Source of the DNA: an uncultured Gemmatimonadales bacterium
GTDB taxonomy: Bacteria; Gemmatimonadota; Gemmatimonadetes; Longimicrobiales; RSA9
Length of the DNA stretch: 64,000 bases
NCBI GenBank assembly: GCA_963816355.1
Contig: CAWFKH010000001.1
Coordinates: forward strand, 64,001 to 128,000
Direction: 5' to 3'
This document shows, piece after piece, positions 32,637 through 42,497 of the stretch. The notes below the pieces were generated by a model that saw only the letters and a list, made by a program, of their open reading frames with translations, searched no databases and had not been told where the DNA came from. A program made the translations under genes and the position numbers. Positions within the stretch are counted from its first letter, which is position 1. Every line of letters begins with the position of its first letter.

Positions 32637-32757
32637 CACGCTGCGGCCGACGCGGTTCGCCGGCGCCATCCCCGCGCCGCGACGCACGAGGCCGCGAGCA
32701 GCCTGCGCGGCGCCCCCCACCCCGATCCCGCCTCTGCTCGCTTCGCCCGCTCTCGCC

Positions 32758-33498
32758 TCACAACGATTCTCCCAGCGCAGATTCCACCCGCTCCCTGTAG
32801 GTACGGCTGAGGCGCAGTTCGGTGCCATCGTCGAGGCGGACGCGATAGTCGCGGCCGTCGCGCGTGTGCAGCTCGCGGACGCGGTCGAGGTTGACGATCG
32901 TCGAGCGGTGGATGCGGACGAAGCCCGCGGCGGCGAGCGTCTCCTCCAGCTCCTGCAGTGTGCGCTGCACGAGGTGCGCGCCGCCGGCCCCGTGGACGCG
33001 GGCGTAGTCGCCGGCGCCCTCGATCCAGTCGACCTCGTCGAGGCGGAGCAGCACGGTGCGGCGGCCGGAGCGCGCGACGAGGTGGCGCGGCGGCTCCGTC
33101 CCGCCGGCGCCGGCCTCCGTGAGCGCGCGCCGGACGCGGCGCAGCGTGCGCGCGAAGCGGAGGTCGTCGAACGGCTTCACGAGGTAGTCGAGAGCGGCGA
33201 CGTCGAATGCGCGGACGGCGAAGTCGTCGTGCGCGGTGACGAAGACGATGTGCGGGCGCTCGCGGCGGCCGAGCAGGCGCAGCAGCTCGAAGCCGTCGCC
33301 GCCGGGCATGCGGACGTCGAGGAAGAGGAGGTCCGGGTCGGCCGCCTCGATCGCGGTCGCGGCTTCGCGTGCGGAGCCGAACTCGCCGACGACGGTGAAG
33401 CCGGGCTGGCGTTCCAGGCGGAGGCGCAGGTTGCTGCGCGCGAGCGGCTCGTCGTCGACGACGACCGTTCGGATCGGCGCGGCACGGGGCGGCCTCAT
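32758..33498 (-). CDS. LytTR-family response regulator
   Basis: VVDDEPLAR, LFLDVRMP, FVTAHD, DYLVKP; C-terminal FVRIHRSTIVN and LSRTY. Confidence 0.95.
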   Translation of the reverse strand: MRPPRAAPIRTVVVDDEPLARSNLRLRLERQPGFTVVGEFGSAREAATAIEAADPDLLFLDVRMPGGDGFELLRLLGRRERPHIVFVTAHDDFAVRAFDVAALDYLVKPFDDLRFARTLRRVRRALTEAGAGGTEPPRHLVARSGRRTVLLRLDEVDWIEGAGDYARVHGAGGAHLVQRTLQELEETLAAAGFVRIHRSTIVNLDRVRELHTRDGRDYRVRLDDGTELRLSRTYRERVESALGESL

Positions 33499-34754
33499 CC
33501 GGCCTCGCCCTCGCCGGATGGCTCACCGGCCGCGCGGAACGGCAGCGTCACTACCGCAGCGGTGCCGCGCGGGCGCAGACGCCGCAGCGTGAGCGCGGCG
33601 TCCTCGCCGTAGGCGACGGCGAGGCGGGCGGCGACGTTGGCGAGTCCGACGGCGCGGCGGTCGCCGTCGTCGGGCGGCGAGGCGCCCGGGGCGGCGGCGT
33701 CCGCGGCGGCGGCTTCGGCCCCGGGGCCGTCGTCGCGGACGGCGAGGCAGAGGCGGTCGCCGTCGCGGCGCGCTTCGATCGAGATGCGGCCGGCGCGCGG
33801 GTCGACGGCCACGGCGTGGTGGACGGCGTTCTCGACGAGCGGCTGCAGCAGGAGCGGCGGCACGAGCGCGTCGTCGCAGTCGGGCTGGATGCGGTACTCG
33901 ACGCCCAGGCGGTCGGGGAATCGCGTGCGCTCGACCTCGAGGTAGCCTTCGAGGAGGCCGATCTCGGCGGCGAGCGGGTGGAGGGCCCCGGGATCGATCT
34001 CGAGCGTCGCGCGCAGGAGGCGGCCGAGGCGCGCCAGCATGCGCTCGGCGGCGCGGCTCTCGCCCGCGACGACGAGCGAGGAGACCGCGTGCAGCGCGTT
34101 GAAGAGGAAGTGCGGCTGGAGCTGGCCGTGCAGCGCGTCGAGCTTCGCCTGCGCGAGCGAGGACCGGAGCTCGGCGGCCTGCGCGGCGAGGCGCGCCGCG
34201 GCGGCGTCGCGGTCGCGGAAGCGGCGGTGGAAGACGAGCGCGTAGTGGACGCCGACGATCATCGCGTACGTCAGCAGCCCGGTCGCGGACTTGATGGTGA
34301 GGTACTTGGCGAAGGCGTGGGGCAGCGCCTCGATGCGCGGATCACGCCAGATCACCCACTGCACGACGACGACGTAGATCGCGATCTGCGCCGCGACGGC
34401 GGCGACGGCGGCGATGGCGTGAAGGCCGACGACCGCGCGGCGGCCGCGGCGGCCGTCGTCGATGCGGGCGGCGACGCGGACGATGGCGGGCGCGAGCGCG
34501 GCCCACGTGTACCAGGCGACCATGGTGAGGCCGAGCGCGCGGCCGAAGCCGATCGGCGACCCGTCCATGGCGCTGCGCAGGTAGAGCTCGGCGCCCTGCG
34601 CGAGGCCGAGCACGGTCCAGCCGCCGAGCACGAGGAGCGCCGGCAGGTGGCGGCCGCCCGCCGGGGCGCGACGGTCTCCGGTGGGCGGGCCGGGGTACGC
34701 GACGCCGTTCGGCGGGGGAGCGGCGGGGGCGGAGGCGGGCGTCGTCGTGCTCAA
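33495..34754 (-). CDS. LytS/YehU-type sensor histidine kinase
   Basis: N-terminal TM helices; QLQPHFLFNALH, LLQPLVENAVHH, VRDDGPG, VGLANV; ATGA overlap with the regulator. Confidence 0.93.
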   Translation of the reverse strand: MSTTTPASAPAAPPPNGVAYPGPPTGDRRAPAGGRHLPALLVLGGWTVLGLAQGAELYLRSAMDGSPIGFGRALGLTMVAWYTWAALAPAIVRVAARIDDGRRGRRAVVGLHAIAAVAAVAAQIAIYVVVVQWVIWRDPRIEALPHAFAKYLTIKSATGLLTYAMIVGVHYALVFHRRFRDRDAAAARLAAQAAELRSSLAQAKLDALHGQLQPHFLFNALHAVSSLVVAGESRAAERMLARLGRLLRATLEIDPGALHPLAAEIGLLEGYLEVERTRFPDRLGVEYRIQPDCDDALVPPLLLQPLVENAVHHAVAVDPRAGRISIEARRDGDRLCLAVRDDGPGAEAAAADAAAPGASPPDDGDRRAVGLANVAARLAVAYGEDAALTLRRLRPRGTAAVVTLPFRAAGEPSGEGEAG

Positions 34755-34773
34755 TCGCGTCCGGGGTCCGGGC

Positions 34774-37020
34774 TCAGTACGCGAGCTGGTAGCTGGCCTT
34801 GAGGATGAGCGTGTGCTGCGGCGTCGCGTCCAGCGCGGCGTCGCCGCTCAGCGCGCGCGTGTAGATCAGGTAGAGGTCGCGGCCGTCGTCCAGATTGTAG
34901 CGCAGGCGGGCGTTGGCGGAAATGCCGCCGGTCGCGGTGGTGTACTGGAGCAGCGTCGCGAGGGACGCGTGCAGGTCGAGCGCGGCGCGCGCGCGCAGCC
35001 GGACGACGTCGCCGCGGAACGTCTGGCCACGCGCCGCGAAGCGGGCGCGGTTGAGCTGGTAGTCTGCGACGAGCGCGAGGTGCGAGGACGGGTTCCAGGT
35101 GGAGCCGAGCGCGAGCGAGGCGCGCCAGCCGTCGTAGAAGCGGCCGGCGTCGATGGCGAGGGTCGGACGCAGCAGCGTGCCGGGCCCCGCGACGACGTCG
35201 ACGACCGCGTGCGCGTAGCGGTACGTCCCGGGCGGCACGCGCGCTTCGCCGAGGCGGAGCGTATCGGGCAGGGCGTCGCCATCCTCGCGCAGCGCGAGCT
35301 GGAGGAAGGTGCCCGCCTTCAGCGAGGCGAAGCCGCCGCCGCTCACGGAGGCGGTCTGGGTGCGGCCGAGGTCCGGGTCGAGGAAGAAGCTGAGGTCCGT
35401 GAAGAGGCCGCTGGTGCGGAAGCGGGAGGCGCCGCCGTGCAGCCACGTCCGCGACAGGCCGCCGCCGAGCCAGGTGAAGTCGCGCCGCCGCAGGAAGCCG
35501 AGCGCCGGGTCGTAGCCGGCGCCGGAGTAGGTGAAGCCGCCGTAGTAGCCGAGCCCTTCCTGGCGGCGGCGCTCCCATTCGACGCGCGCGAGCGAGCCGC
35601 TGCCCTCGGCGGCGACGCCGGCGGCGGCGGTGTTCCGGTTGAAGCTCTGGCTCCACACGATCGAGAGGTAGTCGTCGCCCCTCACGCGCAGCAGCGCGTC
35701 GACGCCGTAGGCGAGGCCACGCTCGCCGCCGGGGCCGAAGCGGCTGGTCGTGATCGCGCCCACGTACGAATACGGGTTCAGCATAGTGCGCCGCGCGCGC
35801 AACACGGAGGCGTTCTCGCCGCGCCGGCCGCCGGCGCCGTCGACCTGCATCGTCAACGCACCGACGTCCCACGCGCCGACGCGGCCGGCCACGCGCGCGC
35901 CGCCGAGGATCGGCAGCGGCTCGCCCGCGGGGTCGAGTCCGATGCGGCGGCTGTGGAAGACGCGGCTCACGCCGCCGAGGCCGAAGTCGAAAACGGAGGC
36001 GCGCTCCTGGAAGAACTGCCGCTTCTCCGGCTGGAACAGCGAGAAGCGGGTCAGGTTCACCTGCTGATCGTCCGCCTCCGCCTGCGCGAAGTCCGTGTTG
36101 ACGGTGAGGTCGAGCGTGAGATTGCCGGCGAGCGCGTAGCGCAGGTCCCCGCCGACGTCGCCGGAGCCGAGCGCGCGCGCCGGCGCGTCCGGCGCCCCCG
36201 CCGGGTCGCTGCGACGCGCGAGCGCGTACGGCGTCAGGTAGACCGGGTTGCGCGGGTGGACGCCGCGCAGCGTGACCTTCGCCGCCTGCGACGGCTTGCG
36301 CTGGCCGCGCGACCAGAGCGGCGGCACATCGGGATAGATGTGGCGCTCGTTGGTGCGCGCGATGTAGCGCGACACGAGCAGTCCCATCGTGACGACGGAG
36401 TCGCGCGCCTGGAAGCGCAGCGACGACAGCGGGATCCGCATCTCCGTCGACCAGCCGTCCGCCGTGCGGACGCTGCGCACCTCCCACACGGCGTCCCAGT
36501 CGTTGTTCGTGCCGTTGCCGCGCGCGTCCGCCTCGCCGTCGTTGTAGACCTCCGTGTCGATCTTCAGCCCGAGCGGCGTCGTGATGAACTGCACCGCCGT
36601 CGTGTTGTCGTCGAACGTGTCGAGAAGCAGCTCGAACGTGTCGTCGCCGTCCCACAGGTCGCGGTAGAGCGAGTTGGCCTGCACCGCCACGTGCCGCTCG
36701 CCGAACACGCCGAGCGCGTAGATGTAGCGGTCGTCGTACGCCACGCGGATCTCACTCGACTCCGTCGGCGGGGCGCCGTGCGTGGGGGAATAGACGGCGA
36801 GCGGCAGCGGCGGCACCGCGCGCCACGCGGCGTCGTCGCCCCTGCCGTCCAGCTCGATCGCGCCGCGCAGGCGGGGCAGCGGCCGCGGCGCCGCGCCCGC
36901 CGCCGCCGGCTCCGCCGACGCCGCGTCGGCCTGGGCGGCAGCAGGCACCGGCACGGTCCAGGCGAGCGCCACGGCGAGCGCCGCTCCGGCGGATCGGACG
37001 GCGCGACAACGCGTTCTCAA
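34774..37020 (-). CDS. Second DUF5916 / CBM9-like outer-membrane protein
   Basis: TTG start with GGAGG; IELDGRGDDAAW, GWSTEMRIP, TVNTDFAQAEAD, NLTRFSLFQPEKRQFFQE, FHSRRIG; ends LILKASYQLAY. Confidence 0.88.
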   Translation of the reverse strand: MRTRCRAVRSAGAALAVALAWTVPVPAAAQADAASAEPAAAGAAPRPLPRLRGAIELDGRGDDAAWRAVPPLPLAVYSPTHGAPPTESSEIRVAYDDRYIYALGVFGERHVAVQANSLYRDLWDGDDTFELLLDTFDDNTTAVQFITTPLGLKIDTEVYNDGEADARGNGTNNDWDAVWEVRSVRTADGWSTEMRIPLSSLRFQARDSVVTMGLLVSRYIARTNERHIYPDVPPLWSRGQRKPSQAAKVTLRGVHPRNPVYLTPYALARRSDPAGAPDAPARALGSGDVGGDLRYALAGNLTLDLTVNTDFAQAEADDQQVNLTRFSLFQPEKRQFFQERASVFDFGLGGVSRVFHSRRIGLDPAGEPLPILGGARVAGRVGAWDVGALTMQVDGAGGRRGENASVLRARRTMLNPYSYVGAITTSRFGPGGERGLAYGVDALLRVRGDDYLSIVWSQSFNRNTAAAGVAAEGSGSLARVEWERRRQEGLGYYGGFTYSGAGYDPALGFLRRRDFTWLGGGLSRTWLHGGASRFRTSGLFTDLSFFLDPDLGRTQTASVSGGGFASLKAGTFLQLALREDGDALPDTLRLGEARVPPGTYRYAHAVVDVVAGPGTLLRPTLAIDAGRFYDGWRASLALGSTWNPSSHLALVADYQLNRARFAARGQTFRGDVVRLRARAALDLHASLATLLQYTTATGGISANARLRYNLDDGRDLYLIYTRALSGDAALDATPQHTLILKASYQLAY

Positions 37021-37191
37021 CGAGGCTCCTCCGCGTGCGGGTGAGCCTCATTGATCTCGCACGCGAAGCAGGACGGGCAAGCGGGCATCGGCGGGGCGGC
37101 GCCGCCGGGGGTCGAGCGGGCGCGCGGCGCCGGTGGACCGCCGGTGCCGCCGGCGGAGGCGACGCCCCGGCTGCGGGCCTCGTGCCGGCGC

Positions 37192-37566
37192 TCAGGTGGC
37201 CGGGATCACCATCGTGATGGTGTCGCCGGGCGCGACGCCGATCTCCTGCGAGATCGGCGTCGCGTTGCCGCCCACGGGGTCGCCGAGGAAGCGCAGGGCC
37301 GTGCTCCCGAAGAGCAGGCTGGCGGGGATCGTGAAGCTGGTGGTCGCGTTGCCGGGCGCGAGGCCGAGGCGGCGGCGCGCGCCGGACCTCGGATAGACGT
37401 AGATCGCCATGTCCAGGAAGTTATGGTTTTCGACCTGGATCACGGCGGCCGCCTGCGCAGGCGTCGAGTTCCGTCCGCTCTGCGGCGCGCTCGCGCAGGC
37501 GGCGAGCGCGCAGGCGGCGAGCAGCACCGGTGCCGCGAGACGGAGGGGGAGGCGCGGGCTCTTCAT
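37192..37566 (-). CDS. Hypothetical lipoprotein
   Basis: Lipobox LAAC; VENHNFLDMAIYV...RRRLG beta-sandwich-like body. Confidence 0.78.
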   Translation of the reverse strand: MKSPRLPLRLAAPVLLAACALAACASAPQSGRNSTPAQAAAVIQVENHNFLDMAIYVYPRSGARRRLGLAPGNATTSFTIPASLLFGSTALRFLGDPVGGNATPISQEIGVAPGDTITMVIPAT

Positions 37567-37682
37567 GGTTCCACCCTTCGTGGGAGGTGCGGGGCTTCAC
37601 GGTCGAGCGTACCCCATGATCCGCGCCGCCGTTCACTGGAGGAATCGTGCCGGCGCTGCCGCGGTGGCCTTTTCCCGCGACG

Positions 37683-37698
37683 AGGTGTACGTATTGCA
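37683..37698 (+). promoter_or_regulatory. Putative sigma54 promoter of the DUF1059 gene
   Basis: AGGTGTACGTATTGCA: GG-N8-TTGCA, about 42 nt upstream of the start. Confidence 0.5.
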
Positions 37699-37740
37699 GT
37701 GGGTCCGCACCCCCGACCGACACCTCAATCGAGCGAGGTC

Positions 37741-38043
37741 ATGATGAGGAAGACGCTGCGCTGCCGCGACGTCGGGCTGGACTGCGAGTTCGTTGCCCGC
37801 GGCGACACCGAGGACGAAGTCATGTCGCGCGTGTCGGAGCACGCGCGCGCCGCGCACGGAATGGGCGCCATTCCCGCCGAGATCCGCCAGCGGGCCCGCG
37901 CCGCCATCCGGGACGAGCAGATGGAGCGCCACGAGCCGCCACGCACGACGACCGGGCCGCTCACGGCGCCCAAGTTCGGCTCCGCCGGCAGCGGCGGCGC
38001 CGAGTACGAACGGCTCCCGGAGCAACACGACGACGAGGACTGA
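37741..38043 (+). CDS. DUF1059 small metal-binding protein with C-terminal extension
   Basis: KTLRCRDVGLDCEFVARGDTEDEV...HARAAHG...AAIRDE; GAGG RBS. Confidence 0.85.
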   Translation: MMRKTLRCRDVGLDCEFVARGDTEDEVMSRVSEHARAAHGMGAIPAEIRQRARAAIRDEQMERHEPPRTTTGPLTAPKFGSAGSGGAEYERLPEQHDDED

Positions 38044-38809
38044 TCGGCGCCGGGCGGGCGCCGCGGCGGTCCTCTCACTGGCGCTCCTCTCGGTGGCCGC
38101 GCCGCGGCTCGGCGCGCAGGTCGTGCGGGGCGCGCTCGTGCGCGAGGACACGGGCACGCCGATCGCCGGCGGCGTGGTGACGCTCGTGCTCGAGAGGCCG
38201 ACGACGACGGTCGACTCGACGCGCGCCGACGGCCGCGGCCGCTTCCTGCTGCGCGCTCCCCATCCCGGCCTCTACCGCCTCTACTTCGCGAGCGAGGGAT
38301 ACGCGACGGCGCCGTCGGACACCTTCGCCCTCGCGGCGAGAGACACGGTGGAGCGCCGATTCGCGGTGCCGCTGCTGTCGACCGCCGCAATGGAGAGCGT
38401 GGGCCGCACGATCGACTTCGAGAAGCGGCTGCAGGGAGACCTCACCGAGCTGTGCGGCGAGCGGCCGCGCTCGTGGGAGGCGGGGCTGCTCGTCGGCACC
38501 GTGCGAGCGCGGGAAGGCGGCCGCCCGGTCGCGGGTGCGGCCGTGCGCGTCGAGGCGCCGGCGAGGGGCGGCGGGGCGCCGTTCCGCCGCGCCACGCGCA
38601 CGAGCGCGAACGGCGTCTTCGTGGTGTGCAACGTTCCCGCGGGCGCCGCCACGCTGCGGGTCGAGGCGCCGGGGTTCCGGCCGGACACGGGCGCGGTGGA
38701 GGCGAGGGCGGGAGCGGTCGGGTGGTTCGACATCGAGCTCGAAACGGCCGCGGGGGCGGCGAGGGATACGAGCGCCGCCCGGACTTGCGCGGACGGGTCG
38801 GCGCCGTAG
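38027..38809 (+). CDS. Secreted protein with two carboxypeptidase-regulatory-like domains (start codon unclear)
   Basis: Signal peptide ending LGA-Q; VRGALVREDTGTPIAG...ADGRGRF and LVGTVR...PVAGAAV...NGVFVVCNVPAG...APGF; no ATG/GTG/TTG near the signal peptide. Confidence 0.7.
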   Translation, partial: TTTRTDRRRAGAAAVLSLALLSVAAPRLGAQVVRGALVREDTGTPIAGGVVTLVLERPTTTVDSTRADGRGRFLLRAPHPGLYRLYFASEGYATAPSDTFALAARDTVERRFAVPLLSTAAMESVGRTIDFEKRLQGDLTELCGERPRSWEAGLLVGTVRAREGGRPVAGAAVRVEAPARGGGAPFRRATRTSANGVFVVCNVPAGAATLRVEAPGFRPDTGAVEARAGAVGWFDIELETAAGAARDTSAARTCADGSAP

Positions 38810-38819
38810 CATTCCCCCC

Positions 38820-41471
38820 ATGACGACGAGAACGATGAGGGTGGCCGCCGCGGCGGCCACGGCGGTGGCCGCGCTGGCGGCGGCGCCGGCGTCGCGCACG
38901 CTGGCGCAGGCGCCCGGACAGACGCACGAGGGCGCGGCGGCGCTCGGCCTGGCGCTGCGCAAGCTGGGTACGACGAAGCGCGTGCTGATGGTGGGCGCCC
39001 ACCCGGACGACGAGAACACGGCGCTGCTGGCGGAGCTGGCGCTGGGCGAGGGCGCGGACGTGGCGTACCTCTCGCTGACGCGCGGCGAGGGCGGCCAGGA
39101 CCTGATCGGGCCGCAGCTCGAAGAGGGGCTGGGGCTCATTCGCACCGAGGAGCTGCTGGCGGCGCGTCGTCTCGACGGCGCCCGGCAATTCTTCGCCCGC
39201 ACTTACGACTTCGGCTTCTCGAAGAACGCGGACGAGTCGTTCGGGCACTGGCCGCGCGACTCGGTGCTCTCGGACGTGGTGGCGGTGATCCGCCGCTTCC
39301 GGCCGGACGTGCTGGTCCCCGTCTTCAGCGGCACGCCGCGCGACGGACACGGCCAGCACCAGGTGTCCGGCATCGTGGCGCGCGAGGCGTTCCACGCCGC
39401 CGCCGATCCGGCGCGCTTCCCGGAGCAGATCCGGGCGGGGCTGCGGCCGTGGCAGCCGAAGTACCTGGTGCAGGCGCTCTACCGGCCGCAGGGCGAGATC
39501 CGGCTCCGCGTCGAGACGGGCGCCTACGACCCGCTGCTCGGCCGCTCCTACTTCCAGGTCGCGATGGCGAGCCGCAGCCGGCACCGCTCGCAGGACATGG
39601 GACAGGCACAGCCGCCCGGACCGCGCACCGTCGCGCTCGACCCGCAGATGGGCGGCTTCCCCGCCGGCGCGCATTCCCTCTTCACCGGCATCGACACCAC
39701 GCTCACGCAGTGGGCGGGCGATGTCGACGCCGCGCCCGCCGGCGCCCGCGCGCGCGTCCTGGCCACGCTCGGCGCCTACCGCGACGCCGTCGCCGCCGCG
39801 AAGGCGCGCTTCAACCCGCTCGAAGAGGCGCCGACGCGAGCCGCGCTGCTGAGGGCGGTGACGCTGCTCGCGTCGGCCGACAGCGCCGCCGCGGCGCTTC
39901 CGGCGGACGCGGCCGCCGAGCTGCGCTTCCGCATCGCCGCCGAGCGCGCGCAGGCGCAGCACGCGGCGTGGGAGGCTTCCGACGTCGTCTTCGACGCGAC
40001 CGCCGACGCCCAGCGCGTCGTGCCGGGCGAAAGCTTCGAGCTGACGCTCACGCTGTGGAACGGCGGCGACACGCCGGTGCGGATCGCGGCGCTGGAGCCG
40101 CTGCTGCCCGAGGGCTGGAGCGCCCGGCCGCTCGCCGACGAGGGCACGGTGGTGCCGCCGCAGACGCTCGCGCGCCGCGCGTTCCGCGTCGAGATCCCGC
40201 GCGACGCGCGGCCGACGGAGCCCTACTACCTGCGCCGCCCCCGCAACGGTGATCTGTACGCGTGGCCGGACGATCCATCGCTGCGCGGCCTGCCGTTCGA
40301 GCCGGCGCGGGTGCGGGCGGCGGCGAGCGTCGAGGTGGGCGGCGTCGTCCTGACGCGCGACGAGGACGCCACCTTCGTCGACGTGGACAAGGCGCAGGGC
40401 GAGCGGCGCCTGCCGATCCTCGTGGTGCCGGCGGTGTCGGTCGCGGTGAGCCCGGACGTCGCGGTGGTGCCGGTCGGCGCGCCGGCCGCGGGCGGGGCGG
40501 CGAGCGACCGCTCGCGCGTGTTCACGGTGCAGCTTCTCGGCGAGGCGGCGAAGCCGCTTTCCGGCACGGTACGGCTCACGGCGCCGGCCGGATGGACGGT
40601 CGAGCCGGCGTCGGTGCCGGTGTCGTTCGAGCGGCCGGGCGACGAGCGCGCGGCGCGCTTCACCGTGCGGCCGCCAGCGTCGCCCGCCGCGGGCGAGGTC
40701 GAGGTCCACGCGAGGTTCGAGGCGGCCGACGGCCGCGGCTACGCGCGCGGCTACACGGTGATCGACTACCCGCACATCCGGCCGCGCACGCTCTACCACG
40801 ACGCGACGTCGATCGTCTCCGTCTTCCCCGTGACGGTGCCCGCCGGGCTGCGCGTGGGCTACGTCATGGGCGCGGGCGACGACGGCCCGGAGGCGCTGCG
40901 CCAGATGGGCGTGTCCGTCGACCTGCTGGACGCACGCGCGCTCGCGGCCGGCGACCTGTCGAGGTACGACGCGGTGGTCACCGGCATCCGCGCCTTCGAG
41001 GTGCGGCCCGATCTCACATCGCACAACGACCGCCTGCTGCGCTACGTGCAGAACGGCGGCACGCTCGTCGTGCAGTACAACAAGTACGAGCTGCCGCAGG
41101 GCGGCTACGCCCCCTATCCGTTCAGCATCGCGCGCCCGCACGACCGCGTCACCGACGAGGACGCCGCGGTCACGCTACTGAAGCCGGACGCGCGGGCGCT
41201 GTCGTGGCCGAACCGCATCACGCCGGCGGACTTCGAGGGGTGGATCCAGGACAAGGGGCTCTACTTCGCGCACGAATGGGATCCGCACTACACGCCGCTG
41301 CTGTCGATGCACGACCCGGGCGATCCACCGCTCGAGGGCGGCCTGCTCGTGGCGCCGTACGGCAAGGGGACCTACGTCTACACCGGCCTCGCCTTCTTCC
41401 GCCAGCTCCCCGCCGGCGTGCCGGGCGCCTACCGGCTCCTCGCCAACCTCGTCTCGCTCGGCCAACATTGA
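38820..41471 (+). CDS. Secreted PIG-L/LmbE-family deacetylase with NEW3-like Ig domains
   Basis: GAHPDDEN, LTRGEGGQ, RTEELLAARRLDG, DFGFSK, GHGQH, SRHRSQ, YPHI, FFRQLPAGVPGAYRLLANL. Confidence 0.92.
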   Translation: MTTRTMRVAAAAATAVAALAAAPASRTLAQAPGQTHEGAAALGLALRKLGTTKRVLMVGAHPDDENTALLAELALGEGADVAYLSLTRGEGGQDLIGPQLEEGLGLIRTEELLAARRLDGARQFFARTYDFGFSKNADESFGHWPRDSVLSDVVAVIRRFRPDVLVPVFSGTPRDGHGQHQVSGIVAREAFHAAADPARFPEQIRAGLRPWQPKYLVQALYRPQGEIRLRVETGAYDPLLGRSYFQVAMASRSRHRSQDMGQAQPPGPRTVALDPQMGGFPAGAHSLFTGIDTTLTQWAGDVDAAPAGARARVLATLGAYRDAVAAAKARFNPLEEAPTRAALLRAVTLLASADSAAAALPADAAAELRFRIAAERAQAQHAAWEASDVVFDATADAQRVVPGESFELTLTLWNGGDTPVRIAALEPLLPEGWSARPLADEGTVVPPQTLARRAFRVEIPRDARPTEPYYLRRPRNGDLYAWPDDPSLRGLPFEPARVRAAASVEVGGVVLTRDEDATFVDVDKAQGERRLPILVVPAVSVAVSPDVAVVPVGAPAAGGAASDRSRVFTVQLLGEAAKPLSGTVRLTAPAGWTVEPASVPVSFERPGDERAARFTVRPPASPAAGEVEVHARFEAADGRGYARGYTVIDYPHIRPRTLYHDATSIVSVFPVTVPAGLRVGYVMGAGDDGPEALRQMGVSVDLLDARALAAGDLSRYDAVVTGIRAFEVRPDLTSHNDRLLRYVQNGGTLVVQYNKYELPQGGYAPYPFSIARPHDRVTDEDAAVTLLKPDARALSWPNRITPADFEGWIQDKGLYFAHEWDPHYTPLLSMHDPGDPPLEGGLLVAPYGKGTYVYTGLAFFRQLPAGVPGAYRLLANLVSLGQH

Positions 41472-42490
41472 GGAAGACGACGACGCTGGCGCTGGCGCTG
41501 GCGCTGCTCGCCGCGTGCGGCGGCGACGGTCGCCGCACTGTCGTCGTCTACTCGCCGCACGGGCGCGAGCTGCTGTCGGCGTTCGAGCAGGGGTTCGAGA
41601 GCGCGCACCCGGACGTGGACGTGCAGTGGATCGACATGGGCTCCCAGGAGGTGCTCGACCGGATCCGCTCCGAGCGCGCCAATCCCCAGGCGGACGTCTG
41701 GTTCGGTGCGCCCTCGGCGATGTTCGTCGAGGCGGCGCGCGACAGCCTGCTGCAGCCGTTCCGTCCGCCGTGGGCGGACGCGCTGCCGGCCGACGCGCGC
41801 GATTCAGCGGGCGCGTGGTACGGCACGTACCTGACGCCGGAGGTGATCGCCTACAACAGCGAGGCCGTGAGCGCGGCCGACGCGCCCAAGGACTGGGACG
41901 CGGTGCTGGAGCCGCGCTGGAAGGGGCAGGTGCTGATCCGCGACCCGCTGGCCAGCGGCACGATGCGGACGATCTTCGGCATGATCATCGAGCGCTCGCT
42001 GCGCCAGACCGGCGACACCGCCGCCGGCTTCGAATGGCTGCGCCGCCTCGACGCGCAGACCAAGGAGTACGTCCTCAACCCGACGCTGCTCTACCAGAAG
42101 CTGGCCCGGCGCGAAGGGCTCGTCACGCTGTGGGACATGCCGGACATCGAGGTGCTGCGCGAGAAGACGCACCTGCCGATCGATTACGTCTTTCCCTCCA
42201 GCGGGACGCCGCTCGTCGTCGACGCCATCGCCATCCCGCGCGGCGCGCCGCACCCGGAGCTGGCGAAGGAGTTCGTCGACTACGTCGGCGGCGAGGCGGC
42301 GGTGGTGACGGCCGCGCGCCGCTTCTATCGCCTTCCCGCGCGCACGGACATACCGGCGGACTCGCTGCCGGACCGGCTGCGGCGCGCACGCGAGTCGATC
42401 GTCCCCGAGCCGGTCGACTGGGGCCTGCTCGAAGCGCGGCTGCCGCGGTGGATGAGCTACTGGGACGAGACGATCCGGGGGCGGAGCTGA
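41468..42490 (+). CDS. ABC transporter substrate-binding lipoprotein (Fe3+/polyamine/thiamine class)
   Basis: TTG overlapping the upstream TGA; lipobox LAAC; VVYSPH, NPQADVWFG, PKDWD, RDPLASGT. Confidence 0.88.
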   Translation: MRKTTTLALALALLAACGGDGRRTVVVYSPHGRELLSAFEQGFESAHPDVDVQWIDMGSQEVLDRIRSERANPQADVWFGAPSAMFVEAARDSLLQPFRPPWADALPADARDSAGAWYGTYLTPEVIAYNSEAVSAADAPKDWDAVLEPRWKGQVLIRDPLASGTMRTIFGMIIERSLRQTGDTAAGFEWLRRLDAQTKEYVLNPTLLYQKLARREGLVTLWDMPDIEVLREKTHLPIDYVFPSSGTPLVVDAIAIPRGAPHPELAKEFVDYVGGEAAVVTAARRFYRLPARTDIPADSLPDRLRRARESIVPEPVDWGLLEARLPRWMSYWDETIRGRS

Positions 42491-42497
42491 GGCGTCG

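Noticed and set aside
37076..37142. LytTR direct-repeat operator upstream of DUF5916
   Set aside because: Only weak matches at 22-bp spacing, not distinguishable from chance in GC-rich DNA.
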